Shown piece after piece: positions 34,523 through 47,251 of a stretch of DNA of 64,000 nt. The position numbers and the translations under genes are program-made. The DNA comes from Thalia democratica (lineage: Eukaryota): contig OZ241827.1 in the NCBI GenBank assembly GCA_965202585.1, forward strand, positions 14,818,001 to 14,882,000, written 5' to 3'. How positions within the stretch are numbered: position 1 is the stretch's first letter; the number at the start of each line of letters is the position of its first letter. The notes beneath the pieces are model-generated. The model was not told the DNA's origin. It did no database searches and was given only the letters and a program-made list of their open reading frames with translations.

Positions 34523-36301
34523 CTACTGTGAACTGAGCTTTAAGGAGTTCACCAAATCCTTACTCAAAACGTTAACTTGTCCAACTAAGTCTTTCAATTC
34601 TTTAAGCTTGACTTCCTTCATCAAATTTAAAGATAAGACTTCAACTTTTTGGTTCATCTCAGAAACTTTATCATTCCATATATTTTTTGAACTCAGGTCT
34701 CCACTAATTTCAAGTTGATCCAAATTATGTGGTTGATACTCAATAGAACCGACAAGCAGACCAGTAATATCTTTCAAAAATCTGTGGCATTTGACTGAGT
34801 CTGATTCAATTTCAATAGCCCTTTTTTTTCTAAGGTTTTTATTTAAGTTTAGACTCTCAACAACTAACTTTAAAACCTCTTTTCTGATTTTAGTAGTTAA
34901 AGTACAGAAGTTTCTTAATTTCTCTTCAAATTTACTTCTAACATATAATTCATTATTTGTATGATGGTTTTTATGCTTAGACGCTTTGTTAAGAAGATTA
35001 TTTATACGCTCACGAGTTTTCATCTTAACTAGATTATTTTTTAAGTTATGGAATAGCGTAAGAATTTCACCAAAATAATTTTCTTCTTTTTCAAATTTAT
35101 TTATCCCTAAATCTAGCCCATCAGTAAGTTCACAAAAACTATTGAAATTATCTTCAGAATTTGATTTATCTAGTCTGTTATGACAACCTCTATCATTGGC
35201 TGAAGAATTTTTAGGATTATTTTTCTCAAATTTTTCATTTCTTGTTTTACCCGACTTTTCTAGTGCAGTACCTTTGTTTCGACAAAAGGAAACATCTTCT
35301 GGACTCATCTGTGTTACAACACTTGTACTATAGTCATTAACAGTGAACTTTCCAGAATTTAAAATGCAACCATGTTCAGGATTGTTCTCACGTTTAACTT
35401 TGCTTTTAGTTTCTTTAACTTTTAAACGTTGTGCATCTTTAATTTTAAAGGAATTATCAACACAATTTTTCGTGCTATTATTTACAAGACCATTCTTAGA
35501 CTTACTCTTGATTTGAAGACTTTCAACTTCTAAATGTTGTTCATCATCAATTTCAGAGGATTAATTCACAGAATTTTTGGTGCTAAAATTTACAGGATAA
35601 TTCTCAGATTTAACTTTGCTATGAAGACTTTGAACCTCTAAATATTTTTTATCATCTATTTCAGAAGATTTATTCACAGAATTTTTGTTGCTTTCATTCA
35701 CAGGATCTTTCTCAGAATTTACCTTGCTTTGAAGACTTTTAACTTCTAATGATTGTTCATCACCATTTTCAGAGGATTTATTCACAGAATTTTTGATGCT
35801 TTCATTTACAGGATCATTCACAGATTTAACTTCGTTTTGAAGACTTTCAACCTCTAAATTTTGTTCATTATAAATGTCAGAGAAACTTTTATCAGAGTCT
35901 TCAGGCATGACTTTACTATCAATCTGATCAAACTTAATTACTGTCGGTTGACGAGAACCACTGAGATTCGCAGAAAATAAATTTTTATCAGAGCTGTTCA
36001 CTGACTTAGCATTTTCAGAGCAAGAAACTACAGGATTATCTTTCACAGCCGTACCAGTTTCCACCCCATTTTGATTTCTGTTGACAAAACTGTTGGCATT
36101 TACAGACAATTTTTTGTATGGAGATGAACCTTTTTGGTCGGAAATAAAATTTTTACTACTTTTCGAACCGTAATTTTCAGTTAGTTTACCGCCATCTCTA
36201 TACTTCTTTGCATAAAAATAAAGAACTGCTGCCGACAAACCAATAACTCCAACCATCAGTTCACAAAAACTGACAACAAGTTTAAACAAAACTTTTATCA
36301 T
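34523..36301 (-). pseudogene. Paralogue B2: full-length frame (592 codons) broken by one in-frame TAA
   Basis: ORFs 35561-36301 and 34523-35308 are in the same frame. The intervening 84 codons are open and homologous to B1 and B3. TAA at 35561-35563 replaces AAA (Lys of NSVNK). Four 36-aa repeats (~35435-35866). Confidence 0.82.
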
Positions 36302-38749
36302 TTTATTTGCTAGGGAAATGATCTGTAAAATATCAATTATCTTAAAACATCAAAATCTTGGTCTTAGCGGTTTAAAAGTAGATAAATTAATTTATAAATT
36401 CTAAAAGTTGACTTTCAGAACATGTTGCTTATAGAGCTGGTTAGTTGTACAAGCTATATACTGTAACAAATAATGTTATTAAACTATAGGTTAAATAACT
36501 GGTTTACTGTATCCTTTAATCTAGTTTAATAAAAGTTGCTTTTTACAGTTCTATATGAAATGTTTCTGAATGAGATTTTAAAAGACAAAAGTTCTTAACT
36601 AGTCTGAGTAGTTAGTATATACAGTATAAAATTTCAGTTATTAAGTAATATGGTAGTGTAGATAGTTTTTAATCAGAGAGTTATTTATATATTAGTTTTT
36701 TAAATTAAATAAATTGAACTATAATAGTTTAAGTTTATTAGTTTATTTTTGTTTTTGTTTAAAATATATCATCTCGGAAAGTATTAAAATGTTTAGAAAA
36801 TTATAATTAAATATAAATAAAGAAAACTTTTAGATTTAAATTTGTATACTTCCTTTCAACTTTATTTTTATTAGTTATATAAAAACATCAAGAATAACAA
36901 ATTTAAAATTTAATAAGTAACTGGTTAAACATTTTATGACTCTAAATAATTGTTTGAAGTACTACATAACATACTAGCATTATCTGCATACTTCTAATAA
37001 TATTCTTGATATTTAACATGTAACATGTTTTTTCAATTATATTTACTGTAAAACACCAAAATGTATAAAAGTACATTTATCAAACATTTGTCAAATAATA
37101 TTTTCAACATTCAATAAAACGACGAGCTGTAAAAGTTATATAATGTCTAAAGATGATGTTTTACGTTAAATTTATGGCAACTAAGTGTTTTTTGAACTTT
37201 ATTTATATTATGTTATTACACTTTTACGGTAGTGTTGTCATATTCTGTTAAATACCTTGAGTTTTATTCGACAACTAATTTTTTTAGATTTATAATCAAT
37301 AAAAAATCAATATTTCTAACTTTACTAAATTTAAATTTGCTACTGTTTTGGTTTTTAAACTTTGAATTTTTAATTTCCATCAGTAATTAATTGTATAATA
37401 ACGACAATTAAATCTTTACGAAATTATGAAACTAGTTTTAACTAAAAGTTCTTATTGCTTATGACTTATTGATTAACAATTTTGTTGTAGTTTAAAAATA
37501 AAATATAAAAACTTTTACATTTTTTTATTTAAACAAGAATTAAAATAGTTAAAACCATCAATGAATAATTATCTCAGTCAGTCTTTTACAAATAATTTTA
37601 AAAGATATTTTGTTTATTTAAAAAAAAAAACATTGACAATTTTTATTCAAATAGAATACTACTTTTTTTTATTTCTTGATAATACGTATAAAGACTGTTT
37701 TAAAATATTTTTATTAAACGTTTCAAGACCTAAACCGGTAGTCAACGCCTCTTATATCATATATCGTTCCCTATGTTACCATATTTGGGTGAAATATCAA
37801 AGTTATTTGAGAAGAAAGTACAAGATCTCACACAATCCACTTACATTCATACAAAACATAAGATAGTATTTGTTTCAAACCTACTTTTAATATTTAAGCT
37901 CAAGGACCTGATACCTAACCAAGATAAAGTTGTGTCGTATATAGTTTAAATTGCTTCTTCGAATAAAGTCATATTGGTCAGACGTCCACGAATTTTAAAA
38001 CAAGAGTTAAATAACATTTACTATAATATTTATTAAATTTCATGAAATAAAAAAAAAACTAAAATAACGAAAAGATCATCGATAGCGGAAGTTTAATTGA
38101 TGACACAGATTGTGCAAATAACTATATGCCAATGAGATTTATTTATGTTAACCATTCTAATAATTTTACTGACCTAGTGAGATTAAAGGCTATATCAATA
38201 TTTTTAAACAAACGAAAAGGTGTTGATTTTAAAGTTTCTTTATTTGCTTAGTAATTGGCCATTTTGTTTTTTTGTACTATAGTTAGTTTAATAACTGTTT
38301 TTGTGTTGATTAATTTTCTACTATTGTTAATCTCATTATTGACTAATGAGCATTAAGATGTTCTTTTGTTGTTTTTAGTGAAAAACTATGTTTTAAGCTC
38401 TCCAGTTCTGCAGTAACGTTTCTGATAATATGCAGTGAAAATGTATTAAAACTTTTAACAAAAGCATCTGAGTATTTTTATATATTTCGATATATTTACA
38501 ATAGACTCATGTTTGCGTTATTAAATATTAAATATTTATTTTATACGATTACAGCAAAAAACTGTTTTAGTTAAATTAAATATATATTTGCCTTGCTTTA
38601 AGACTTTAGATTTTCATACTTAATCTATAAAGATGTATTATAAAATAATTTAGTCAAAAAAAAAACGATTTTTATTTAAACAAAGTAAATTTAAAAGAAA
38701 TAAGTTTGTAAAACCGTATCACTTTTACAGCTCTTCCTTAGCAGATAAA

Positions 38750-40263
38750 ATGATATATAGTTCATTTAAACTTGAAATCAGTTTTTGTAGACTGATGGTT
38801 GGAGTTATTGGTTTGTCGACATCAATTGGTGCTGTTCGTTATTTTTCAAAATTAAAAAACAAACAATCTGATGTAAATGTCAAAGCTACACCAAATACTA
38901 ATACCAGCAAAGATAATTCAGCAGAAAGTACAAGTTTATCTACTTTTAAGCTACCAACTGTTAGAAGTATAGAAACTTGCAGTAACAAACCGCTAATGTG
39001 TACCAACCGTAGTTTAAGCAATAGTAGAAACGCTGTCATTTGTCTTGACCCGAGTAAAAATGACACTGGTTCAAGCAAGGAAGAAATCCTTCACAATATA
39101 ATGTCTTCTAAAATTGTGAATAGTTGCGCTATATTTTCCAATGTAAACAAACCTGAGATAAATTTAAATGAAAACCAAGTTCAAAATTTTGTGAAAAACA
39201 GATCAAATATGGGCAGTGATTCTAAACTAAATGAAAGCAATTGTGACTTAAATAAAGTTTTCAATGTAGAGGAAAAGAGAGCACAAAACATTTTGGATAA
39301 AAAACTTTTAGATGACTCAAGTTACCAAGAGAAACTACGAGTAGAAAGTATTTGTAGTTTAGGCGATGAACAAGATTTAAAAACTTTTTCTAAACCAGCA
39401 ATTAGTAGTCAAAAGAGCACAAATTCAAAAAACGAATGTTTGAAAACTCTTTCGGTTGAAAAAATCGCAAACGATTCTAATGTTTCAATTTCAGACTCGT
39501 CTAAAAACGAACAGGAAGACAACAAATGTCAAGATTTAGCTACAAATACTTTTAAAAGTCAAGAAACTGACTCTTTTATTATAGGGAAGATGAAATTTAT
39601 GACAATTTGAACCATAAAGATTCTTGTTTAGAGTTCTTTAATACAAAACTAAAAACACTTCAAACCGATAAAATATTTTTTAACAAAGAATGCAACGAAA
39701 TAAGTAACATTTACAGTGCGTTTCTTAAGCATAAAAGTTTAAAAGGTACCAAAAAATCGAGCTTTCTTAAAAGCATTAGTGCGAAATATGAGCATTCGGT
39801 TCGTGAAATAAAATGTTCTAACAGTATGGCTAACTTCGGCAATAAACGAAAAGAAAGTATTTACGATTGGTTTTTGTATATGAAAAGAGATTTGTTAAAT
39901 AGCATGAAAACTTCCCTAGAAAACCCAACTTCTGACAAAGTTTTAAAAATTGTTTACAACAAAGTCCTATCAGGTTTCAACAAAATGTGTAAATTCATTC
40001 AAATGTACTCCAATCAGTGTGAAGAATCAATTGAAATAATTCGAAAGATTCTTGTTGATAAAAGTAATTTAGAACTAAATGTTAAACAATGGAATGAAAA
40101 ACTTTGTGCTATGATTATAAATATTGAAGCTTTAACTTTAGAAACAATTGAAGTAATCAAAAAGTTAAAGTGTGATGAAATAAACACTAATGGACTTGTT
40201 AGCTATGTTAAAAATATTTATAGAGAAGGTATTATGATATTAAAATTGTTTAAATGTGAGTAG
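38750..40263 (+). pseudogene. Paralogue C2, frameshifted by an internal deletion
   Basis: Collinear with C1. The ~60 bp encoding AFNKNSKDNKLNTTFHAETT are missing at ~39570, shifting the frame. The downstream frame (YREDEIYDNLNHKDSC...LFKCE*) is intact. Confidence 0.82.
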
Positions 40264-40647
40264 TACTAGTTATATGAAGTTCACGATATGTTTATAAGCG
40301 TTTGTTTTTTATTTGTCATTAAGTGTTTTAGTGAGCTTTTTAGTTATCAATTTATAATTTTGTTGTTTTATCAATTTACTTATTTAGTAATTGTTACATT
40401 TGTTTTTTGTTACGAACAATAAAAAATGTTTACCAAAATTTTGTATTACATTGATAAATTAATTTAATAAAAATGATATTACGAAATTAATGTGCTTTTA
40501 TTTAACAAACAACATATTAGACTTGAAAGAAAACAATTCTAATATATTAATAGCTGTTTAGCTTAATAATTAATTAACTCATTTCCTAAATAACTTCACA
40601 ATTTTTTTGATCCCATTTTTTTGTACTTTTATAGTTAAAAATAAACA

Positions 40648-40761
40648 TTTTAAATTTGATTCCCTCTACCTTATACCTCTGGGTTTAAAATCTTCCAAGA
40701 ATATTTCAAATTAATTCCCTCCACCTTAAACATACGGGTTTACAAAACTCCCCAGTGTTTT
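40648..40761. repeat. ~54-bp minisatellite, ~2 units, downstream of C2
   Basis: Same unit and flanks as 26966-27462. Confidence 0.75.
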
Positions 40762-43700
40762 ATATAACTATTTAGACATGTATAAGAATGCCCATCGCTC
40801 ACTTTGCTCTAAATGAATGTCAAGGTTTAAAAGTCTTTTTTAATGACTAAAATATCAAGCCACTTTTTTATATTTATTTACTTCCGACAAACCAAATTAA
40901 AATAAAGCGTTCATATCTAAAAAAATATTTTTTATTTTATGTTAAATCGGTTGTTGAACTAATTAGTAAGACTATGATCGTAAAAAAAATAAAATATATA
41001 TGTTAAAAGGAAATTAGAAAAAAAATTTTGTAGTTTTTAGTTAGACTGCCAAATGTATTTTTTTTAAACTATCAAGTTACTTTTTTATGTGGTAATAAAT
41101 ATTAACCTTTAAATTTTCTTTCAGGATTTTTAACTCATTCAGATAGTAACTCGTCGTAATGTGAATTGTCAGACTTCGAACAATCGTGCACCCATTTTTG
41201 ATATTTCATAACTAAGTAACTTTATCGAAAAATTCAGATTCGGAGGAATAAAATTTTAACATACACTGTGGCATAATATTACAGCGGTTCTTTATTTTTC
41301 TTTGATTCATTTTGTAACAGATTTTCATCTTGAGTTTACTTACGCTATATAACAAAGCTATAAATAATCTCACAACTAACTCAAATTAGACATTTATTAA
41401 AAACAATAAATATAAATTGTAGAGCATTTCACAATATACAAATAGAATTTTTTAATAACTGTGGAATCGTTTTCTTTTTTATCAAAATATTACTTAGAAA
41501 AAAATGTTCAGATAGACTAACAGTTAAAAAAACAGTGCAAAAACTATAGAAATTGTGTTTAATTTATAAATTTTATTAAAAGTTCATTTTAAAACTTTTA
41601 GACAACTTGAATAAGTATCTAGCCTTTTTCAAGCGCTAAAACTACTTTTAAACGTTTTAAAATTAGTAATCTCGCACAGAGGCATTTTTAATAAAAAATA
41701 TAAAAGTCGTTTTTTCTTCTTAAAAAACTAACATATAGGTGTAACATTTTTTACAACATAAAGAATTTTTTTCTCAGCTACACTTGTTTTGAATTAAACA
41801 ACAATTTTATCCTTAGATTATGTATAAGTATTCCTTAAATTACTTTTAATTAGATTTGTATAAATTAGGATTATGAAAAATTGGCACACTCTTAGATAAG
41901 AGTTTGAAACCTATGTTAAATAGTACTTAAAACGATATTTCTAAAGATTATATTTAGGATGTGATTACTAACAAAAAAGTTATTTCTGTTAAATTTTTGT
42001 AGTATATGTTGGTTATAAATTCAAAGTAACAGATCTTTCAGCTTGTAATATTCCGGTAGCTAAAATTTATTTCTGATATTTTGTTTGAAAGGAGGTTGTT
42101 TTGCAAATCTATTTATAGTTATAAGTAAAAGTTTCTAAAACAAAATATTAAGGATTTGAGATAAAATTTGTCTACTACTTTTGATTGACGACTAGAAAAT
42201 CAGTCATTTGATTAAAGAAAAATAGAAACAAACTTTTAAATAGTTTTTACCGCCTTTGCTTTATCTTCAAATTGTATCAAATAAGTAAAGCGGATTGAAA
42301 AGGATACCCACAAGTATTAGATGTTGTACTTTGAAAAATATGAAAGTTTACGAAAATAATTTCTTTAACCTAGCCTCTATGTTATTTTTAAAACTTTTTT
42401 TTTTCATTTTAAACCTTATTGCTTTGTTGAACGTTTTTTTGGTGTACCTTATAGCCCCAAAAATATAATCATTGAAAACCTATTTTGTTGAAGTAGTTTT
42501 ATTTATTATTTCTTTATTTCTTATACAAAACTTTTTAAAATTGAAACTATTGAAATGTTGTTTAAAACTTATTTTTGGAAATAAGTTTTAAAGTTTATTC
42601 GCTACCAACGGCTTTAAATATGGGTTTGTTTGATTCATTGACATAATAAGTTGTATTTATGAATATCTTACAATTTAAGAGTAAGTGTTTAGTAAAGTAA
42701 AATTGCGGATCGTGTAAAACTTGCTCGATTAACAAATTTGTTAAAACTACACTGGATATTTTGGACTTTGTACAGAAAAGAAAGAGAAGGTCTCGTTGTA
42801 ACTAAAACTAAAACTGCGGCCGGGGAAAACTTTAATTTACAAAATTTAGCCCGCGTACACCGAATGCCTGCCGGCTTCTGCCTTACATAAACTAAATTAA
42901 AACAGTGAATACAATAGGATTCTAATTTAATTATAAACTAGTATTTACTACGAATAAAAAGTGAAAACAAAAACATTATAAATTTGTAGATACACATGTA
43001 CATAAACATGCAATTAAACTCAACTATTTTAGCTTTGCAAGTTTTGAAAACACGCTTTTGGGTGTAGCTGGTTTACTATTAAAGCTAAATGATATTTAAT
43101 AAGTTAAAACAATTTAAACATTGTTTTTAATTCTTTTAAATCAAAAGTTTTGAAAACCAGATGTTACTCTTCTACATTTTGTTAAAAAAACAATAAGTAT
43201 TAGATAAACATGATATGGAGATAAACTATTAATAATTTAAGCGATCAAAGCTGCGATGTTTGCAAATTCTTAAGGCGTTGAAATTGTTACTAAGTTTTTT
43301 CGCAAATTATTTTTCCTGAATAGTTTAACAAGATTGATAATGAATTCCGCAAATGTTATAGTATATTACTTTATAAATATGCATCAAGTAATTAAATGTG
43401 TATATTTAACTCACAATAAAGTAAGAGATTTACTAAACGATAATTTTGTTTTACTAAAAGCTACTGTATTCTTAAACCATGTTATATAATATCAAATACA
43501 TTTTTTTTAAGTATTCAAAAATATTTCTATTTTCAGAATTATTTTATATAAATGTAGTGACAAAAAATTATTAATAAGTTGTTATAACATGCAGCAAATT
43601 AAAAACCTTTTTTTATAAACAAAAGATTTCTACAGAAACAGTACAACTTATAAGAAAATAGTATTATTTTTAACTCTTGTTGTCGTTTTTATTCATAAAC

Positions 43701-43853
43701 ATTGTCAAAACTTTCCAGTACACTAAAGTTGGTTTAGATTGTATTTAGATAAAGCTGCTATGGAACTTCAAAGATAAACAAAGAAAAACTATGAAATTAA
43801 AAAAAATTCAACAACATAATTTAGTGTTTTAGTAATTATGTTTTATTGATATA

Positions 43854-44573
43854 CAGTAGACTACCGCTTAAGTACGCAAATTAAACCCGACCAAAAAGTG
43901 CGTACTTAGCACGGGTAGTGCGTACATTTTGACGACATAGTATAATATGAAATTTAATTGTTTGTTTTCTTTTTTACAACTAGCCACCAAATAATTTAGC
44001 CAAATAAAGAAGTCTTTTTATTTTAAATAACATTAATACATAATGCTAATCTGCAAATTTTTTTAATAGATTTTAAAATGATTTATTATTCTTTAAAAAG
44101 TTTCTACACAATTAATACATACATTTAATATAGCACGTCAATGTCAGTCAATGATACAAAAAAGAATATTAAGCCATATTTTCGATATTTTGTTTTGTTA
44201 GAAGGAAAGTACTAAACTACATTGTGTTTACCAAACATTTTCAAAACATCAATATGTGTACATTTAAATTAATTATGACTTATGTAGGTTTTTTTAACTT
44301 TTTCATCTAGATTTATTTATTTTATAGCATTACAGCTCAAATATCATTATTTTTCACTTTTCTGTATTATAACAGGACTGTCACAATCTTAGGCCACTTA
44401 GACTACTCAGGATTACTCACCCTAGTTTAAAAGTTGTGAAAGTCTCAGGCTAGCTAAGCAGGTTGGCCGTTCTACCTGGAACCTTTTAGATATTTTTTGT
44501 CTTTCTGGATAAGTGCGTACTTAAGGCGGGATGCGTACAAAAAAAAAGTGCGTACTTAAGCGGTAGTCTACTG
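43854..44573. mobile_element. Tc1/mariner-superfamily (pogo-like ends) MITE, 720 bp
   Basis: 25-bp perfect TIR CAGTAGACTACCGCTTAAGTACGCA; TA duplication at 43852-43853 and 44574-44575; subterminal aagtgcgtactta repeats; absent from unit 1. Confidence 0.93.
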
Positions 44574-44782
44574 TACAAGTTAACAATTTTACACAAAATA
44601 AATGAACATGAAAATTAGCCAAGTAATGTAACAAGTAACGTAACAATCAAAATAAAATTAACTATAACAAAACAGAAACAAGTTTGAGTTAAACAACCAA
44701 GTAAAACTTAGGCTAGTAACCAACTTGAAACTAACAAACGTTCAATCAAAACAAAAACATTTCAAAACAATTTGTTCAGCAA

Positions 44783-45160
44783 CTAATTACTGAATTCTTT
44801 AAACTTGTTTACAAATTTCAAAACTTCTTCACTTTTGACTTCATCACTTGCGGCTTTGCACAAAACTTCAATTTTTTGTAAACCTCACTAACTTAGCTAT
44901 TCCAATTTGAAACATCCTTTTTCAGCGTTTCACCACTTATTTCCGACATCTCATTTTTCATAAACTCTTCAGTTTTTGCTATCTGTTCGCCATACTCCTT
45001 AGCAAAACTTTTAACTAAACTGCATTCCAACTCAATTTCTTTCAAATATCTGATACTTTCTCTAGCATCTGAGATATCCAATTTACCTCCAACTTGCTTT
45101 AGCAACAGTAGCTTTATGTGAGTAAACAAATAGAGTAATATATTTATGAATATCTTTCTA
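44783..45160 (-). pseudogene. Paralogue D, unit 3 (no hAT insertion)
   Basis: ORF 44893-45129 plus continuation. Same TAA as the unit-1 copy, with an additional 1-bp frameshift just downstream. Confidence 0.7.
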
Positions 45161-46806
45161 TAACTTTAGTTCAGTTTATTTGCTAAATTGCTTAATAAAT
45201 AGTTAATAGATATTGTGCATAATATTTAAAACAATTTTATTTGCTAATGTTTTAGTTCTGACCAAGTTATCAACTACAAGGTGAATATTTAGCATTGTCA
45301 CGGTTGAATAATTTTTGACTTATGAGCCAAAAATTTACTCAGGCACTTACAATCAGTGTAGTTCTAGTGTTAAAAAAGTTTTGCATTTTGGAATGATGTA
45401 CTCTAACCATGTATAACTGTTTTGAAACCAACATTATATGATCTTTCTAAAAGTTAAACAACTACATTAAATATGATGTTACTTGTAGTTAATTGAATAA
45501 TTAACTAGTTGTTTTATTTTCAATTGCCAGAAAAAAAAAGTTTTAATTTAAGTTTAATTTTTTTAATATTAGAACTAAAAATTCCAGCTTGTTTTTTATT
45601 GCATCAGTTGTTAAAATTTATTTTCTTCTTATTTACTTGAAAGAAAATATCAGGATAGGGCTAACTCAAGTTAGTTTAGAACATTTTAGACTAAAGCTTG
45701 TTTTAATGAGTTAGATTTTTTTCTCTCTAGATTTGAAATCGTATATAACTAATTTGATGTTGTTTAAACATTTAAGCTCTATTAACTATTTTATATTTTT
45801 ATTTTTTAAACTTAACTAGGTATTAAATGTTATTAAAAAGCAAATTAATAGGTTTGCAAATACTAAGATTATAAGGAAAAAATTTAAATTCTTAGATACT
45901 TAGGCATTTCGACTAGTTTTAGGTTTTTTAAATAACCTTGATATTTCATTTTTTAAAGTTTTTACTAAATTTAGGCTATTTCATATATTTAACTCGTTTG
46001 TAAATTTTAGTTTTGACTAAAATTTGTTTTTTTTTTATATCAGGCTAGCTATTGATCTTTGTTGAAATAACTTAGTTGTCTTTACAGATATTTTTAAATA
46101 GGTTAAAGTAACTAAAAAAATATTTTTTTTTAATTGTTGTTTAGCTTAATGGCTTTAAAACCTTTACAAATTTCGAATTTGGAAAAAAGTTTTTGAAATA
46201 TCTATTTTTGTTCAGGCTTCTTATAGTAGCTCATGCTAGTTATTATGTTTTAAACTTGGGCTTTAAATCTATTGTTTAAATTTATTTTTTAAACTTGAGC
46301 TAAATTGTTTTATTTAAATTACTAGCCAACTATTTTTACCTAAATTATTTTTTCTTTATACATTTAGTTCTTACGTTTATGGTTATTAAAGTTTAAATAG
46401 TTAGATTAGTTTTTTTTATTTCTAGTGTCATTTTTAAGGTTGTCACAGTTTTAGGCTATTAAATTAAACTCAAGTTTATCTAAAGTATTTAAAAAACTCA
46501 GATCAGTTCAGGCAAGCTTAAACTTTAAAAAAAAACAAGCTAAACTTTAATTAAACTTAAATTAAAACCTGATTTGGATACTATCACTGAATTCATGGTT
46601 GCTAGAAAATCTCCTAGGAAAACCTAGAAATTAAAAATTTACAAAAAAAAACCTTGAAAACTTACATTTTAAGAAACTTTGACAAAATCTAGTAAAACCT
46701 AGGAGTTAAAAAAAAACTAAACTCCTTAAAAAACTCTGGGATTTTAAACAACCTTAAATTGAAAATTCTGAAATTAGGATTAGGTATGAAAAACTTATTA
46801 CAAACA

Positions 46807-47251
46807 GTAGTATTTACTTTTTACTTGGAGTTTTGAATATTATAAATAACAATTTAAAGTAGCTTCACAGTATTTTTCTAAAATTTTTTGATATTTAGAC
46901 AAGTTTTTTACTTATATTGGAATTAAACAAAATGAATTGTACTCTTAAAAGATATCTTAAAAGATATCTTAATAGTTATCTCGTATATTGATTTATTTTT
47001 TTTATAAATGTTTTTTTATATTTAAACATTTATTAGAAAAAATAAATTAATAAACGAGATAACTACTTTCCAAGTTTTATAAATATCTTCGAGGCTTAAA
47101 GATTACAATTCATTTTGTTTAATTCTAATATTAAATCAAATATAAGTAAAAAACTTTTTTTAATAGCACAAAGTTTTAGAAAAATACTGTGAAGCTACTT
47201 TTAATTGTTATTTATAATATTCAAAACTTCAAGTAAAAAGTAAAATACTAC
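46807..47251. repeat. Foldback palindrome, unit 3 copy
   Basis: Homologous to 4201-4648; arms are reverse complementary (gtagtatttactttttacttggagttttgaatatt / aatattcaaaacttcaagtaaaaagtaaaatactac). Confidence 0.88.

Larger units (their letters stand above)
29928..43643. repeat. Tandem duplication unit 2, internally deleted (satellite end, A2 5' part, B2, C2)
   Basis: 31660-32880 matches ~13030-14670; 32904-33430 matches ~16022-16550; 33520-43640 matches ~19815-29927. D and Kelch are absent. Confidence 0.88.

Noticed and set aside
37561-37866. 101-aa ORF between B2 and C2, and similar AT-rich ORFs (14914, 16993, 29281, 48564, 56568, 59711)
   Set aside because: F/I/K/L/N/Y-rich composition expected by chance in AT-rich DNA, and not conserved across units.
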